Source of the DNA: Mytilus trossulus
Lineage: Eukaryota
Length of the DNA: 64,000 nt
Direction: 5' to 3'
Assembly: GCF_036588685.1 (NCBI RefSeq)
Contig: NC_086373.1
Span: 40,920,001-40,984,000 of the forward strand
Shown piece after piece: positions 50,831 through 63,403 of the stretch. The translations under genes and the position numbers were made by a program. Under the pieces are notes generated by a model. It was not told the DNA's origin. It worked only from the letters and a program-made list of their open reading frames with translations, and did not search any database. Every line of letters starts with the position of its first letter. The stretch's first letter is position 1.

Positions 50831-51959
50831 ATTTTGCTGTAATACAGATAATATGACTGTCCAAGCTTTACCTACAAGTATCTGACAACACTCCATTTAA
50901 CTTTCTGTTCTGGTATTTCAGCCTTCAAATTTTTCACAATGTGTACTACCGACAAAACCAGAGGATCCCAAAAGTTCTTTAAAACAGATACGATTAAACG
51001 TTTTCATATCCTTGTAAGCAAAAGTTGGACACAGGATTTGTGATCAGATAGTTTTGAGTGTCATCATATTTCTTATAATAGGTGGATTAAGAGTAAATAG
51101 GTGGACATTGGGAATTTGTTTTTTTTTTAATCAATAAAAACAAAAAAAATTATATTTGTGTCATTTTAATAGGGCAACATCTTAAATTAGAATTTACCTT
51201 TTTTTGAATCAGCTAAAAATATGATTGTTTGAGGAATATGACAAATTTTAAATAAAATGACCAGTTACTAGTATTTTGACGCAAAAACTAAGATTTTATC
51301 ATCAAACGAAACAGGAACAATTGTCAAATGTAACTTCACTTGAATCTTCACAAACATGAATTTATAAGGAAATTGATAAATGTTGATTACAAGAAACAAG
51401 TATAATTTGACAAAAACAAAGACTTTTATCATCAGATCTCAGGGAACAAGAAACCCGAAATTTTGTCAAATGTAACTATATTTAAATCATCACAAATATA
51501 ATGGGAAACTGACAAAACCTCGTAACCAGGAACAAGTCTGTTTAGGAAAAACTAGAAGATTTTTATCACAAATCGCCGAAAAAAGGAAACCGGAAAATTT
51601 GTCAAATGTAATGTAACTAGAAGACTTTTTTTGTTTAATATTTATTAAAATATATCCTGAATAAGTTGAAATATTCAAAATCTCTCATGACAAATATACT
51701 TATAATATCTCAGACGAAAGCTGTAAAGCCTTTAAAATATCATCCTAAACTGGAAGATTAAATAAAATGTTACTATTTAGAAAAAAAATTGCTGCACATT
51801 GCTATGATTTAATTTCTTTTTTCACATTATATCTGCATCAATTAAAAAAGAATAAATAAAAATTTAAACATAGCCCTAACAAGCTATTATTATACATTAA
51901 AAGTTCTCATTTTGATGTAAAATTATAGTCTGTTCTTCAGTTGACTGTGACAGATAGGC

Positions 51960-52140
51960 ACTTTGTACTTACATGGGCAACACGACGGGTGACACATGTG
52001 GAGCATGATTTGCTTTCCCTTCCGGAACACTTGAGATCGCCCCGAGTTTCTCAGTCTTTAGTATTCATTTTTGGTTTGTCTTTTCGTGGGTTTTTTTTTG
52101 TTGTTTTTTGCCATGGCATTGTTAGTTTGTTTTCGACTAT
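51960..52140 (+). mobile_element. Second Penelope-like 3' UTR fragment
   Basis: GCAACACGACGGGTG..ACATGTGGAGCA..CCTTCCGGAACAC..CTCAGTCTTTAG matches 3100-3300. Confidence 0.6.
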
Positions 52141-52869
52141 TTTTTTAATATTACAGATACACAGACACAAACAAATCTTTTTTTTTTAATTTTATCTGTT
52201 GCGTCAGACGTCAGAATAGAATATAATCCTCTTCCGACTGTGGAATATTAAAATTTTGATTCATATTTGTTATTCGTTTATTGTTTTACTAATAAACTGG
52301 CCGTTGATTTGTCGTTCCAAATGCCACAATTAGTCATCCCTTGCATTTTGTAGGTGACTTTATGATATGGATGTTTCACCTTGTTGAAGGCCGTACGGTT
52401 ACCGTTGGTTCTTTACATTCATGACTTATGTTGGATAGTTGTTTCATTGATCAATCATACTACATCTCCTTATTCGAGAGCGTACGGTGTGAATCGCTTT
52501 TTTTGTGTTACATTTGTACATGTAATTTTAAAAAAACTTCTTAATTATATCAGCTAATTTATGTTATTTGTTCTTTCTGTTTATTTTTCTAACAAAATAT
52601 TACATTGATAGTAGTTGATGTACACTACTCCACTTCACTAAAATAACTCAAGTCTGGTTAAAACTATTACAGGGGTGATATGCTCCAATTATATGATTGA
52701 TTCAGCTGTGTCAAGAACACATTTAAAAATTAACACATAAAAAAGGGTACATGCATCAAGTTCTGTGGTGTGGTTCACTTAACAGAGAAATTAGACAAGC
52801 TGTATTCTTTAGAATAGAACAATTGCATTATAAGCCATAGAAAACGGGTAGCATTATTTAGTTTTCATA

Positions 52870-53972
52870 TTACATAAGACTGTCTACCATTTTAACGGCA
52901 TGAAATTTTCCGTAGTCTTCATTATTTCCTTTGTGACATCCAATTAATAAATATCCTTCAACATCAAAGAATAAACTAAGTGGAGATTGGATTCCAAGAT
53001 CGTTCTTAACTAACTGCAGAGCAAGTAAATCTCCATTCGAATTTAAAACATGTAGTGCATTGCTACTTGGATCAGAAACTACAATGTTATTACTTGGCGT
53101 AATAGTAATTCCTTGTGGTTTAAATGTTTCTAAATACGTTTGTCCGTCAAAGGTAAACTGCAAGTGACCATTTCTATGTATAGCTACTATTCTACCGTTG
53201 TTGTCATTGTCAAAGCGGTCATTTACATAGACAACATTTCTAAAATCAGTGCGAATTCGTAATGCATAACTGTCCAATTTGATCCCCTTTTTGTCGAATT
53301 CTGATGTTACTTTCCGTTTATAATCACTGTCGAAAATTATCACTTGTCTGACAGAACAATCCTTGACTGCAAACGGTGGTCCTTGTTCTCCAATTCCAAC
53401 TATTACTTCATTCTCCTTGTTTACATGTATGGCCACAGATATCATCGGAGAAGTATCTAAAACAGTTTTTACTTCACCTACAGGTGATAACATTTGAATT
53501 TTGTTGTCATGGTTTCAATAAAAAGTATTTCACCGCCTTTGTTTATTGCAATATCACACACCTTTCTCTTTAACGTCTGCAAAATTAGCATTGCTGGTTT
53601 TAAAAGTTTCCCTTTCACTAATTGATTGTCTTTACAATTTTTAATGTTTGAGCTAAAGTAAAGCAAGTTGTCATCCGACCTGAGTAAAGTATGAACAGCT
53701 AGCAAAGGAGTTGAGAATGAATTTAAAATTGACAAAATAATTGCAAACGTTACCTCCTGGGAACCAATTGATAATCTGCTCATTTCCTGAATGGAAACAA
53801 CGTCATAATCTTGTGCAGAATGAAGTCCTTGGTGAAAAGTGACTTTACAGGAGTTACACATGCGAACATCGCAGTCTTTGCATTCCCATTTAATTTCTGG
53901 TCCTTTACAGAAGTAGCATGGCACTGGCACTTGGGCTTTTCTTCTACTTGTGGATTCTAATGATGTCGCCAT
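52870..53972 (-). pseudogene. B-box/NHL paralog 3, full length with a single 1-nt frameshift
   Basis: ORFs 53478-53972 and 52870-53493 join if GG at 53511-53512 is GGG (IETHDNKIQML). The last B-box His is Tyr (QDY). Confidence 0.8.
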
Positions 53973-55149
53973 TTCTTACTGTTTTAAAACTTAATACTAT
54001 TGTAAAACTACGTCCTGTTTATTGTTATTAAGCAAACCGTGTCAAAGTTTCATACTTAATATACCTCGATGAACAATGTATTTATAGTTTGATCTTTAGG
54101 ACTTAAAGTCATATGAAAAGAGTTTCTGGTAATTATTAAGTTGAGGAAATAATTGAACTTAGTCTAGTGTATGCATATATATACATCTAGCTTAGTCATC
54201 TACGCCCAGTTTTTTTTTTACATTATTAAGAATCCATGCAGTATAGTCGACATTAAGTATTGCTGATGAAAAGTTTTACCTGCAAGTAAACTTTGGTTTA
54301 TTGGCGTTGATGTTAACGGATCGTTACCGTTTGAATAATAAAGAACATAGAATCAATCAACAAGTGGACAATAAGTGCGACGATAGAGTGGTGCATGTAT
54401 ATATGTGTTTTTTTTTATGTTTTTCATACATACCCAATTGTTAACTAAGTTTTGTCATAACAGTTAATTATTGATTTAGAACATTATACCGCTTTACCTT
54501 TGTACTATTATACCTTTATTTTAGGGTCATTAAATAAGCCAACGGTTTCTACTGACCCCTCATCTTGTAATGTCGTAATGCAATTTCTCGTCTCATAATA
54601 ATATATTTATATATTTTAAACTTATTAAAAATAAAACTTATTTAGGTGTGCGCAGCTAAACACTTAACACGAACATATGAATTTATACGGGTTCCAATTT
54701 TCGCCATTCAATACAGACTTAAAATTATTCAAAGTCTTTGCCGTCACAGTTAAATCTGACAGGTTATTCTACTGATCCACTACTCTAATTCAAAAATATT
54801 TTTAGTCTATGTGTCGTCTTGCACTGTTTAAAAAAAACATTTAGGAATGACCTCTAGTATTATTAGATGGTGCTAAAGTACAAAGGGTCATCCAGTTTAT
54901 ATCATCTATACAATACAACGCTTTGTAGACTTGTATGATATCATTCATATCCCAACGATATTCCAAGGTTGGCAAACCTAATGAACGCTTTTTAACAGTT
55001 TAGTGGCCCTTCTTTGTACCGATTCCAGTTTGCGGATGTCTTTTTTAAGGTACAGTGACCAGACATATGTCGCATATTCTTATAGTGGACGAACTATTGA
55101 TTAATAAATAGTGAGAAACATATCCTGATCCATGTAATCAAAAGAATGA

Positions 55150-56640
55150 TGCATAGGACATACCACTCTCTGCGCTTTATTATAAATTTATATCACTTAT
55201 ATGTTTTTCAAATTTTAAATTAGACTCGAAAGTTACTCCCCTATCTTTTTCTTCGTTCATTGTAGATAACGCAATAAAATTTCAAGATTCATCCAACATG
55301 GTATAACGATATTGCAGGTCATTGTCAGGATTAATATGGAAATACTTTACATTTAGCAGCATTAAGTTTTTATTTCCACATTTCTGACCATACACATAAA
55401 CTGTCCAAATGTTCCTGTTACCTACATCGCTCATAATCTGACGAGACTTTAAAATAAACTTTACAATCATCAGCAAACATTTTCACTATTCCCTCTACTA
55501 CATCAGGAAGGTCACTTATAAATGTGAAGAAAAAAAAGAACAGGTCCTTAAACTCTTCCTTGTGGTTCATTTCTGACCACGTCTGACCATGTTGAATGTG
55601 AGTTATTTATACAAACACATTGCTTACGCCCAGATAGAAAACGTTTTATCCAATATTCAAAATACAGCCCTGTATTCCAAGTTTTTCAAGTTTCAAAAGT
55701 AAACGTTGATGTTGCACGGTATCAAATGCCTTGGAAAAATCAAGAAAATTGAGTCTAGTTAAAAACCACTATCAATTAATTTTTACCACTCATCCAACAT
55801 GTCCAAAACCTACAAGACTTAAGTTATACATGATCTCCCGGGACGGAATCTATATTGACTACTTGTAAAACGATTGTTCGTGAGAATATACTTCATAATA
55901 TTGTCTCTAATAATGGATTCACAATCTTGCATACTACTGATGTTACACTTACAGGTCTGTAATTACCAGGTATCAGCTTTTTTCCATTCTTAAATATTGG
56001 TGACACGATGGCTTTTTTCCAATCGTCTGGAACTTTACCCTCTTGGGTAGACTTATTAAAAAATTTAAACAAGGGATAAAAAATTGCATGTCTTACTTCG
56101 GATGAAGACTATCAGGTTCTTCAAACTTATCTGTCTTTAATTTATTAAGTTTTGTTTATCACATCTTCCTGACAAATATTAATATCATCTAATATATTGT
56201 TCGACTCTAAATTAGTATCCTTATCATTCAAGTCTTCTGTTTGAGTAAACACACTAGTAAAAAACTGATTTAAAACTTCCACTTTATCAGCAGTACTAGA
56301 TACTAAAGTACCATCCGGTTTATCAAGAGTGCCTATTCCCGATCTAGTCTTGAGTTTACTGTTGACATAAGTCCAAAACGACTTAATTTAATCTTTGATT
56401 GTAAGGCCACTTTTTGTTCAAAACTAAGTTTGGCATTTCTAACAGCATTAGCACATTCATTACGATCCTTCATATATTTAGCATATGACAAATTATTTCT
56501 TAAATATTTATATTTTTTCCATGATTTACGTTTATGACAATTGCAGACTTAGTAGTTCTATCAATGCACAGCGGTGGGCTTATAAATTTACGCTCAGTCT
56601 TTTTTTCTTCGGGATAAATCTATCAATATTTTCCGACATA
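55150..56640 (-). mobile_element. Decayed CR1-clade LINE ORF2 (RT)
   Basis: FWTYVNSKLKTRSGIGTL, EVLNQFFTSVFT, FNKSTQEGKVPDDWKKAIVSPIFK, GNYRPVSVTSVVCK, LDFSKAFDTV, FLSGRKQCV and FADD occur in order. Confidence 0.88.
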
Positions 56641-57645
56641 ATATAAATCTTATATTTTTTAATTTCAGAATCGATTATTACTATCTTCTTTCCGCGTTTT
56701 TTCCATTTTCTCTAATTGTTGTTTTCTCTCACACTTGCGTTGTGCGAATTAGAGTATGGGATGACAATAATTCATTAGCAGTACATTCTGATTGTATTCA
56801 AATTTTGGGATGATCTATAATAATCATGGAATCGATAATATATATCAGTATTTCGTGTGTTTTTCAGTATAGATGACATCTAATTAATCATCAAGATAAC
56901 CATGAAGACTGCTAATGGTCACATAACCCGATATATACATAAACATTAATATAGATAGAGTCCTCGGGTAATTAGACTTTTCTAGGTCTGTTTGATTTAT
57001 AAAAATTAATTAATCATAATTTTAACCTGTATAAGAATGAGTTTTTTGTAGATCGAATGGTTAACCGTTGTTTCGCCTTTAATGATGACATTAGTTTCCT
57101 TCTAAAGGTTGAACACGACTAATACATGCGCAACCAATCTCTAGCTAATGGTTTAAATTGAAGTGCACATGCATACGGATTTAACGAGGTCGAATCATTC
57201 ACTCGCAATTGAACAATTAATCTGCGATGGGTATAAGCTTATTTTGACAAAAATGAACTAACTGCTGATAAAAGCGAATTATTATTTCACTTTCCACTTT
57301 TATTAATAATTGAACAAAAAGAAAATCATTTTTTTCAAATAGTACATGTTTGAAACTGAAAATTTTGTTTTCTTATACTTGTGGATTTACTCAATGAATA
57401 TATTTCTACAGTTTAAACAGACGAATGTCATGTGTTTTACCTCCTTTGTTATTGTTACAAAAAGAATCTACGCAATAAGAATAAAATTAAACACGAGGTA
57501 TAAAACAAATCCAATAACCAATTGACATCTAAGACTCTAGAGGGTACCACGCGTCTTCAACAACAAACAGTTTTAAATAAATTATGTAGAGTTCTAATAT
57601 AGCCCTAACCACAATTTGTTGGTAAACAGCATTTTTGATGTAAAA

Positions 57646-58116
57646 ACAAGAATGTGTCCATTGTACACGGATGCCCCACTCGCACAATCATTTTCTGTGT
57701 TCAGTGAACCGTAAAAATTGGGGTCAGAACTTTAATTTGGAATTAAAATTAGAAAAATCATGTCATAGGAAACATGTGTACTAAGTTTCAAGTTGATGTA
57801 ACTTTAACTTCATCAAAAACTACCTTGACCAAAAAACTTTAACCTGAACTTCGCACTATCATTTTCTATGTTCAGTGGACAATGTAATTGGGGTCAAAAC
57901 TATAATTTGGCATGAAAATTAGAAAGATCATATCATGGGGAACATGTGTACTAAGTTTCAAATTGATCGGACTTCAACTTCATCATAAACTACCTCGACC
58001 AAAAACTTAAACCTGAAGCGGGACGAACGGACGCACAGACGGACGGACGAACGGACGAACGAACGGAGGCACAGACCAGAAAACATAATGTCCTCTACTA
58101 TCGTAGGTGGGGCATA
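57646..58116 (-). mobile_element. HINE / pearl-like element with two ~171-bp core repeats and a GGAC/GAAC microsatellite
   Basis: Subterminal IR ATGCCCCAC / GTGGGGCAT; core repeats start at 57680 and 57851; microsatellite 58021-58067; A/T-run flanks. Confidence 0.8.
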
Positions 58117-58459
58117 AAAATTTGTCGTCAAAAACAATATAAGACGGTACTTCCTATCTTATCTTCTTTAAACTCTCATCAATAGAATAAAAACAATTAT
58201 AACGGTGTATTTAAACTCGTAAACATATTTATATCTTTCTTCAACACACGTGACATATATGTAACTTGTCAATTCTTGCAAGTTGATTTTATCCCTCTAC
58301 GATCTGTGGATATTTTATACTAATATGAACTGTCCTTTAACAAAAACTGCCGATGTGACAAAAAATACGATGAAACCTCATGAAACATTCTAAGAGTGTT
58401 GCACTTTTTTATTGTACGAGGCTTATTGGTCTTATACAGATTCTTAGTTAGTTTTTTTT

Positions 58460-58790
58460 AAGTCAAATGCTGGAGATATCAAGCTTAGCGTGGTAGATTT
58501 AAAGTCATGCACTTGAGATGCAAAATCCAGCGTGAGCAATCTACATTCAAGCGCCATATATATTAAGTCCAGCGCTGTAGTTTAAGAGTCAGACGTTGAA
58601 GAGGTAAAGTATAGCGTTGTAGTAGTGAAGATTATCACCAAAGATCCAAAGACTAGCACTAAGAAGGTAAATTATAGCTCTGTATATCGATTAAATATAT
58701 ATGCCAAGAATAGTGCTTGAAAAGTCAAGCGCTGAATATCTAAATGTAAAGTGCTGAAGATTTGAAATCAAGCGCTAAAGATGTTAAGAT
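58460..58790 (+). repeat. Degenerate 21-bp tandem repeat, ~14 units
   Basis: Approximate consensus AAGTCCAGCGCTGTAGATTTA recurs at 21-nt spacing. Confidence 0.7.
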
Positions 58791-59294
58791 CCATTTTGTT
58801 TCATTTAAATTTTCTTTGTTATTTAATAATGACCCCTTCACATCCACAGACTGTTCAAACGAGTCCTTTCAAATCAGATAAATTCACCTAATTTTACGAC
58901 CAACTTAAGATTTGCTACAAGTTATTTCGAGCTAAAAAAAATATCTCTGTATTCAAAGTGGGCATTACATAATCTTATGTTTTTTTAATCTGACATAAAT
59001 CAGGGAATAGAATTCTCATGGACCAGAATATATAAGACAAAAGTAATTTACCTTTTCCAACAGCGTCATTCATGTAATCGTTTTATACAGCTTTAAATGC
59101 ATCATCTCTAAGATCAAATCGTTTTTGGCTTCTAATTTTATGATAATGAACTATATGAAAACAATTCAATTTTAGTTATAATTAACCAAACACACTTAAT
59201 TAAACATTCTCTATTTTTTCCTATTTTTATATACGTACCTGAACATGACCGAAATAAGAAGATAGAAAAATAGTTATTAAAGTAATTATTATAA

Positions 59295-59355
59295 TTTGAT
59301 ACGACAGGTGCGTTGCGTCTACATAAGACTTATCAGTGATGTTCAGATCAAAATA
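59295..59355 (-). repeat. Decayed hammerhead/retrozyme fragment
   Basis: CGTCTACATAAGACTTATCAGTGA..TCAGATCAAAA matches 13147-13185; the GAAA core is mutated. Confidence 0.6.
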
Positions 59356-62128
59356 TGAAGAACCATAGTAAAACAAAATACATAAGTTTGAGCTTTCTAA
59401 AATGCTGTGGACCTATTCGCTCTATCCAATATTAAGGTATGTAATATGTGTGCATGGTGTTGATGGTTTAGTATTGTTAATGTGGTATATTTTGAATTGA
59501 ACAAAATAAAATGAATATCTTAGACTTTGAATATCATTTTTCTCACTTTACTTAAGAAAATTAAGACATTTACAAAGACATTTGAAAAATTACAGCTTAC
59601 TGAGCTTTTTTGGCAGTGCACACAATACTTTATTCCCGGCTCCAATGCCAGAAAACTGTCTGAGTAAAATTGACAAGCATCTGAATTTTCTCTTTTTTGT
59701 ATGCTCAGCAAAATACACTGCCATTATAAAAAAAATCTGAGATTTTTTCAACTAAAGATTACTAAGTAAGAATATTATTCATATTTTTAGTATAGCCCAT
59801 ACATAATTTTATAAAAAAAATCTTACATGTAGCTTTTGAATGTGTTTTGGTATTTACAGATACCACTGTTGATAGTTTTATTTTTTAATTTGCATTGAAG
59901 AACGTCACTGTTTGTATAGAATACTTTATTTAGCAGTTCCTCGTGATATCATTAGGTTACCATCATACTTTTAGTTTTCTTTAGTAACTTCTAGAATTCT
60001 ATGACATTGTCCTTCCCATTGTTTTACATTTATTGTGTGTATTCTATTATATTATTACTAATATTTATCAAAGAGTCTTCAATATGTTAATTCTGATTGT
60101 TCCTACTTTTATATACAATGTTTCAATCCAATGGTCGAGATTTAAAAGGAAAGGAATAAATTTTCAACTAAAATTCTAAAAAGATATCAAATTAATTTCT
60201 TACTTTTTCGACATAATAATTCGGTTTTGAATTTGACATTTTGATTAGGTGTGTCTGTCCAACACAAATTTGTGTATGTGTACTCTTAATGTCTTGATAT
60301 TCCGTTTCGTTGCTCGGCTATTTGAACAAATTATATATTACGTCAATACACAAAAAAACTGGCTACGGTTAAGAACAAATATATTGTCAACTCTCGATTT
60401 CTCCTGAAAAAAAACGTGCTGAAGTTTGTGTTCAGTTTTGCCATGCGAAATGTTTCAATATGCAGTCACATTCGGTTAAAATGTGACAGTTACACCGATG
60501 CCTCGTGTCGCAAGAGTATCATGTGCTTTTCTCTTTAAGATATCATAGGGACAGATAGTCGTACGTGGCAGTATTCAAGGTAACATGTCTACCTTTCCAA
60601 TATGTCATTTGTCCGTGTGCATGCAGTCATGCAATTAACCACCCTTCATTCCTGTATTCCCATTTTGTATAACCAACATAATTCATTCATTACTAAAAGG
60701 TTATAGTCCAGAATATGTTCTTGTGTTTATTGGTGTATTTAACACACCCATTACTGCAACAAAGGGGTCAAGTGTGCCATGTTTGTTCGTAGTGAATGAA
60801 TGTGTATTTTCTCAATTATATGTACGAAAACCACTTTTAAATAATTTTTACTGTTGAAAAAACTACCTATCTATAATTTTTATTAATCTGTTTAACGCAT
60901 TTAGTCATGTGTAAGATTGTTTACAACGTTAAACAAATACAAAAAGAAAAGACGATGAGAAAAGAAAATTTAACTTTTAACTAGCAGAATGAAATGAAAC
61001 TACTTCTTGTTAATCATTTTTGCTATGACATCATTACTAAACATCAAACACTTGATAATAAATCAGTTCCATATTCTGTAGCCTGACGCTTTTTAACCCT
61101 TCAACATTCAACATTATTGTGTACATCATTTCCTATTACAGGCATGTTTTAAGTTCCCGCCAGTTTAAATTTCCTTTCAAAACCGTTCGATTTTAAACTG
61201 GAGATGCTACATCAAATGCGCTATTCTTCGTCAAAATTGTAAATGATGGTATTATGCTTGGCTTTTTCAAACTCCTACTCTTGTTCCATTGGTTTAATTT
61301 CGACGCAATAGGTTTTGACCGTGTTGTGTCTATCTGTTCACCCTTGTATTTGTATTTTAAGTCATACTGTATCGGGAAGGTGTTTACTTTATACGATATG
61401 TGCTTTCAACTACAATTACTTTGTAAAGGCTACTTTGTCAAATTTTCTACCAACTATTACAGGTAGGGTTTTTTGTAGTCGTCCTCAGATTTGTTTTATT
61501 GTTTGTATAACTTTTTTGTCAGTTGTGTTGTATGTATGTGTTGTATGTTTATAAAGTTTTTGCAATATAACGGAACTAACTGTCAAAGAAGTGGGATGTT
61601 TAACCTGTACAAATCCTGGTATAACCTCTAATTTTCATTTTCTATTACTTAGTCATTCCCGATTACCTTTAAGTAAATAGAACATGAAATTGCAGACCTA
61701 TACCGGGGGTCAAATATAAGTAAAAAGTAAAAAAAGATATCCTTTAAGGATTCAGATCTTCTATTGGTGTCTTAGATACATGTTTTGCCTTGACAATGAA
61801 AACTACATGGAAAGTATTGTATTGAAAATCAAATTTCGTTGTATAAAAACCACTTCTACCTCTGTTGTCTTGATCGAAAATTAAAATACTAGTATGCATT
61901 TTTTATGGCAAACAAGATGTTAAAAAAAATCATCGAAAAGAAAATATGATTATTTTAGTGCTGTTTTTAGTAACTTCACAAATACACGTATGACATATAT
62001 TATGTGTTCTTATATGTGTAAATAAATTTATCACACATGAGTGGAAACAAGCTAAGTTCTATTTTAAACATAATTTATAAATCTAGTCTTGTACAACATC
62101 TGCAACAGAGTTTTTATCCCACTACAAA

Positions 62129-63232
62129 TTACATAAGACTGTCTACCATTTTAACGACATGGATTTTACCGAAGTCCTCATTTTCGCCATAAGCGCATCC
62201 GATTAATAGATAACCTTCAGTGTCAAAGCATAAAGTATAGGGATTATTGATGCCTAAATCTTTGAAAATAAACTGCAACCCAAGTAAATCTCCTTTCGAA
62301 TTAATAACATGTAGTGCAGCGTTTACTGCATCTACAACTACAATGTTATCACTTGATGTAATAGCAATTCCCTTTGGTTGAAAGGTTCCTAAATCCATTT
62401 GACCGTCGTAGATAAACTTCAAACGGCCATTTCTATCTACAGCTACAATTCTTCCATTTAAATGACTTACCGTACGATCAATGACATAAACAATATTTCT
62501 AGAATCAGTACGAATGCGAGCTGCGTAACTGAACAATTTATTCCCCTGTTTGTCAAATTCTAATGTAATTTTTCGTTGATAATCTCGACCGAAAATTATA
62601 ACTTGTCTGACTGAAAAATCGCGGACGGGAAACGGTGGCCCTGGTTCTCTAAATCCAACTATTACTTCATTATCTTTGTTTACATGTATGGCCAATAAAG
62701 TCATTGGTGAAGTATCCAGCACAGTCCTTACTTCACCTGAAGGTGATAAAACTTGAATCTTATGGTCATGAAATTCAACTAAAAGTATTACATTGTCTTT
62801 GTTTATTGCAAAGTCAAATATTTTTCTGTTTAACGTTTGCATTATCTTAATTGATGATTTTAAAAGTTTTCCTTTCACAAATTGATTGTCCTCGAACTGT
62901 TTCAAGTTAGAGCAAAAGTAAAGCAAATCGTCATCCGAGCAAAGTAAAGTATGAACAGCAGGTAGAGTAGTTGTGTATGAATTGAAAACTGATGAAATAA
63001 CTACAGACTTTATCTCCTGTAATCCTGGTGATGACTTGCTGATATCCTGAATAGAAACAACGTCATGATCTTGTGCAGATTTAAGTCCCTGGTGAATAGA
63101 AACTTTACAAGAGCTACACATGCGAACATCGCAATCTTCACATTTCCATTTGATTTCTTGTCCTTTACAGAAATAACATGAAACTGGCACTTGTGCTTTT
63201 CTAATACTTAAGGATTTACTTGGTGTCGCCAT
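62129..63232 (-). CDS. B-box zinc finger + NHL-like beta-propeller protein, paralog 4, intact
   Basis: 367 aa, collinear with paralog 1; all B-box Cys/His present. Confidence 0.92.
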   Translation of the reverse strand: MATPSKSLSIRKAQVPVSCYFCKGQEIKWKCEDCDVRMCSSCKVSIHQGLKSAQDHDVVSIQDISKSSPGLQEIKSVVISSVFNSYTTTLPAVHTLLCSDDDLLYFCSNLKQFEDNQFVKGKLLKSSIKIMQTLNRKIFDFAINKDNVILLVEFHDHKIQVLSPSGEVRTVLDTSPMTLLAIHVNKDNEVIVGFREPGPPFPVRDFSVRQVIIFGRDYQRKITLEFDKQGNKLFSYAARIRTDSRNIVYVIDRTVSHLNGRIVAVDRNGRLKFIYDGQMDLGTFQPKGIAITSSDNIVVVDAVNAALHVINSKGDLLGLQFIFKDLGINNPYTLCFDTEGYLLIGCAYGENEDFGKIHVVKMVDSLM

Positions 63233-63403
63233 TTCGACAGTAACAAATACAAGAATGTCACGTGTATCACTTCCTTGTTCATTGTCACTTAATAAACATT
63301 GTCAAGGCTAAATACTTCACAAATTGTAATATCTATATTTAGCCATTTAAAGATCGGTCTATTTACGGCATAAAGAAAAATATATTTTCTGTGTGTGTGT
63401 ATA

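Noticed and set aside
58460-58790. CRISPR-like array
   Set aside because: The units are contiguous degenerate tandem repeats with no unique spacers, in eukaryotic DNA.
975-61554. Most 60-120 aa ORFs in the track (e.g. 3547-3819, 13118-13453, 37307-37672, 40897-41088, 61254-61554)
   Set aside because: They have no recognisable domains, and many overlap repeats or lie antisense to real genes. This is expected noise in AT-rich DNA.
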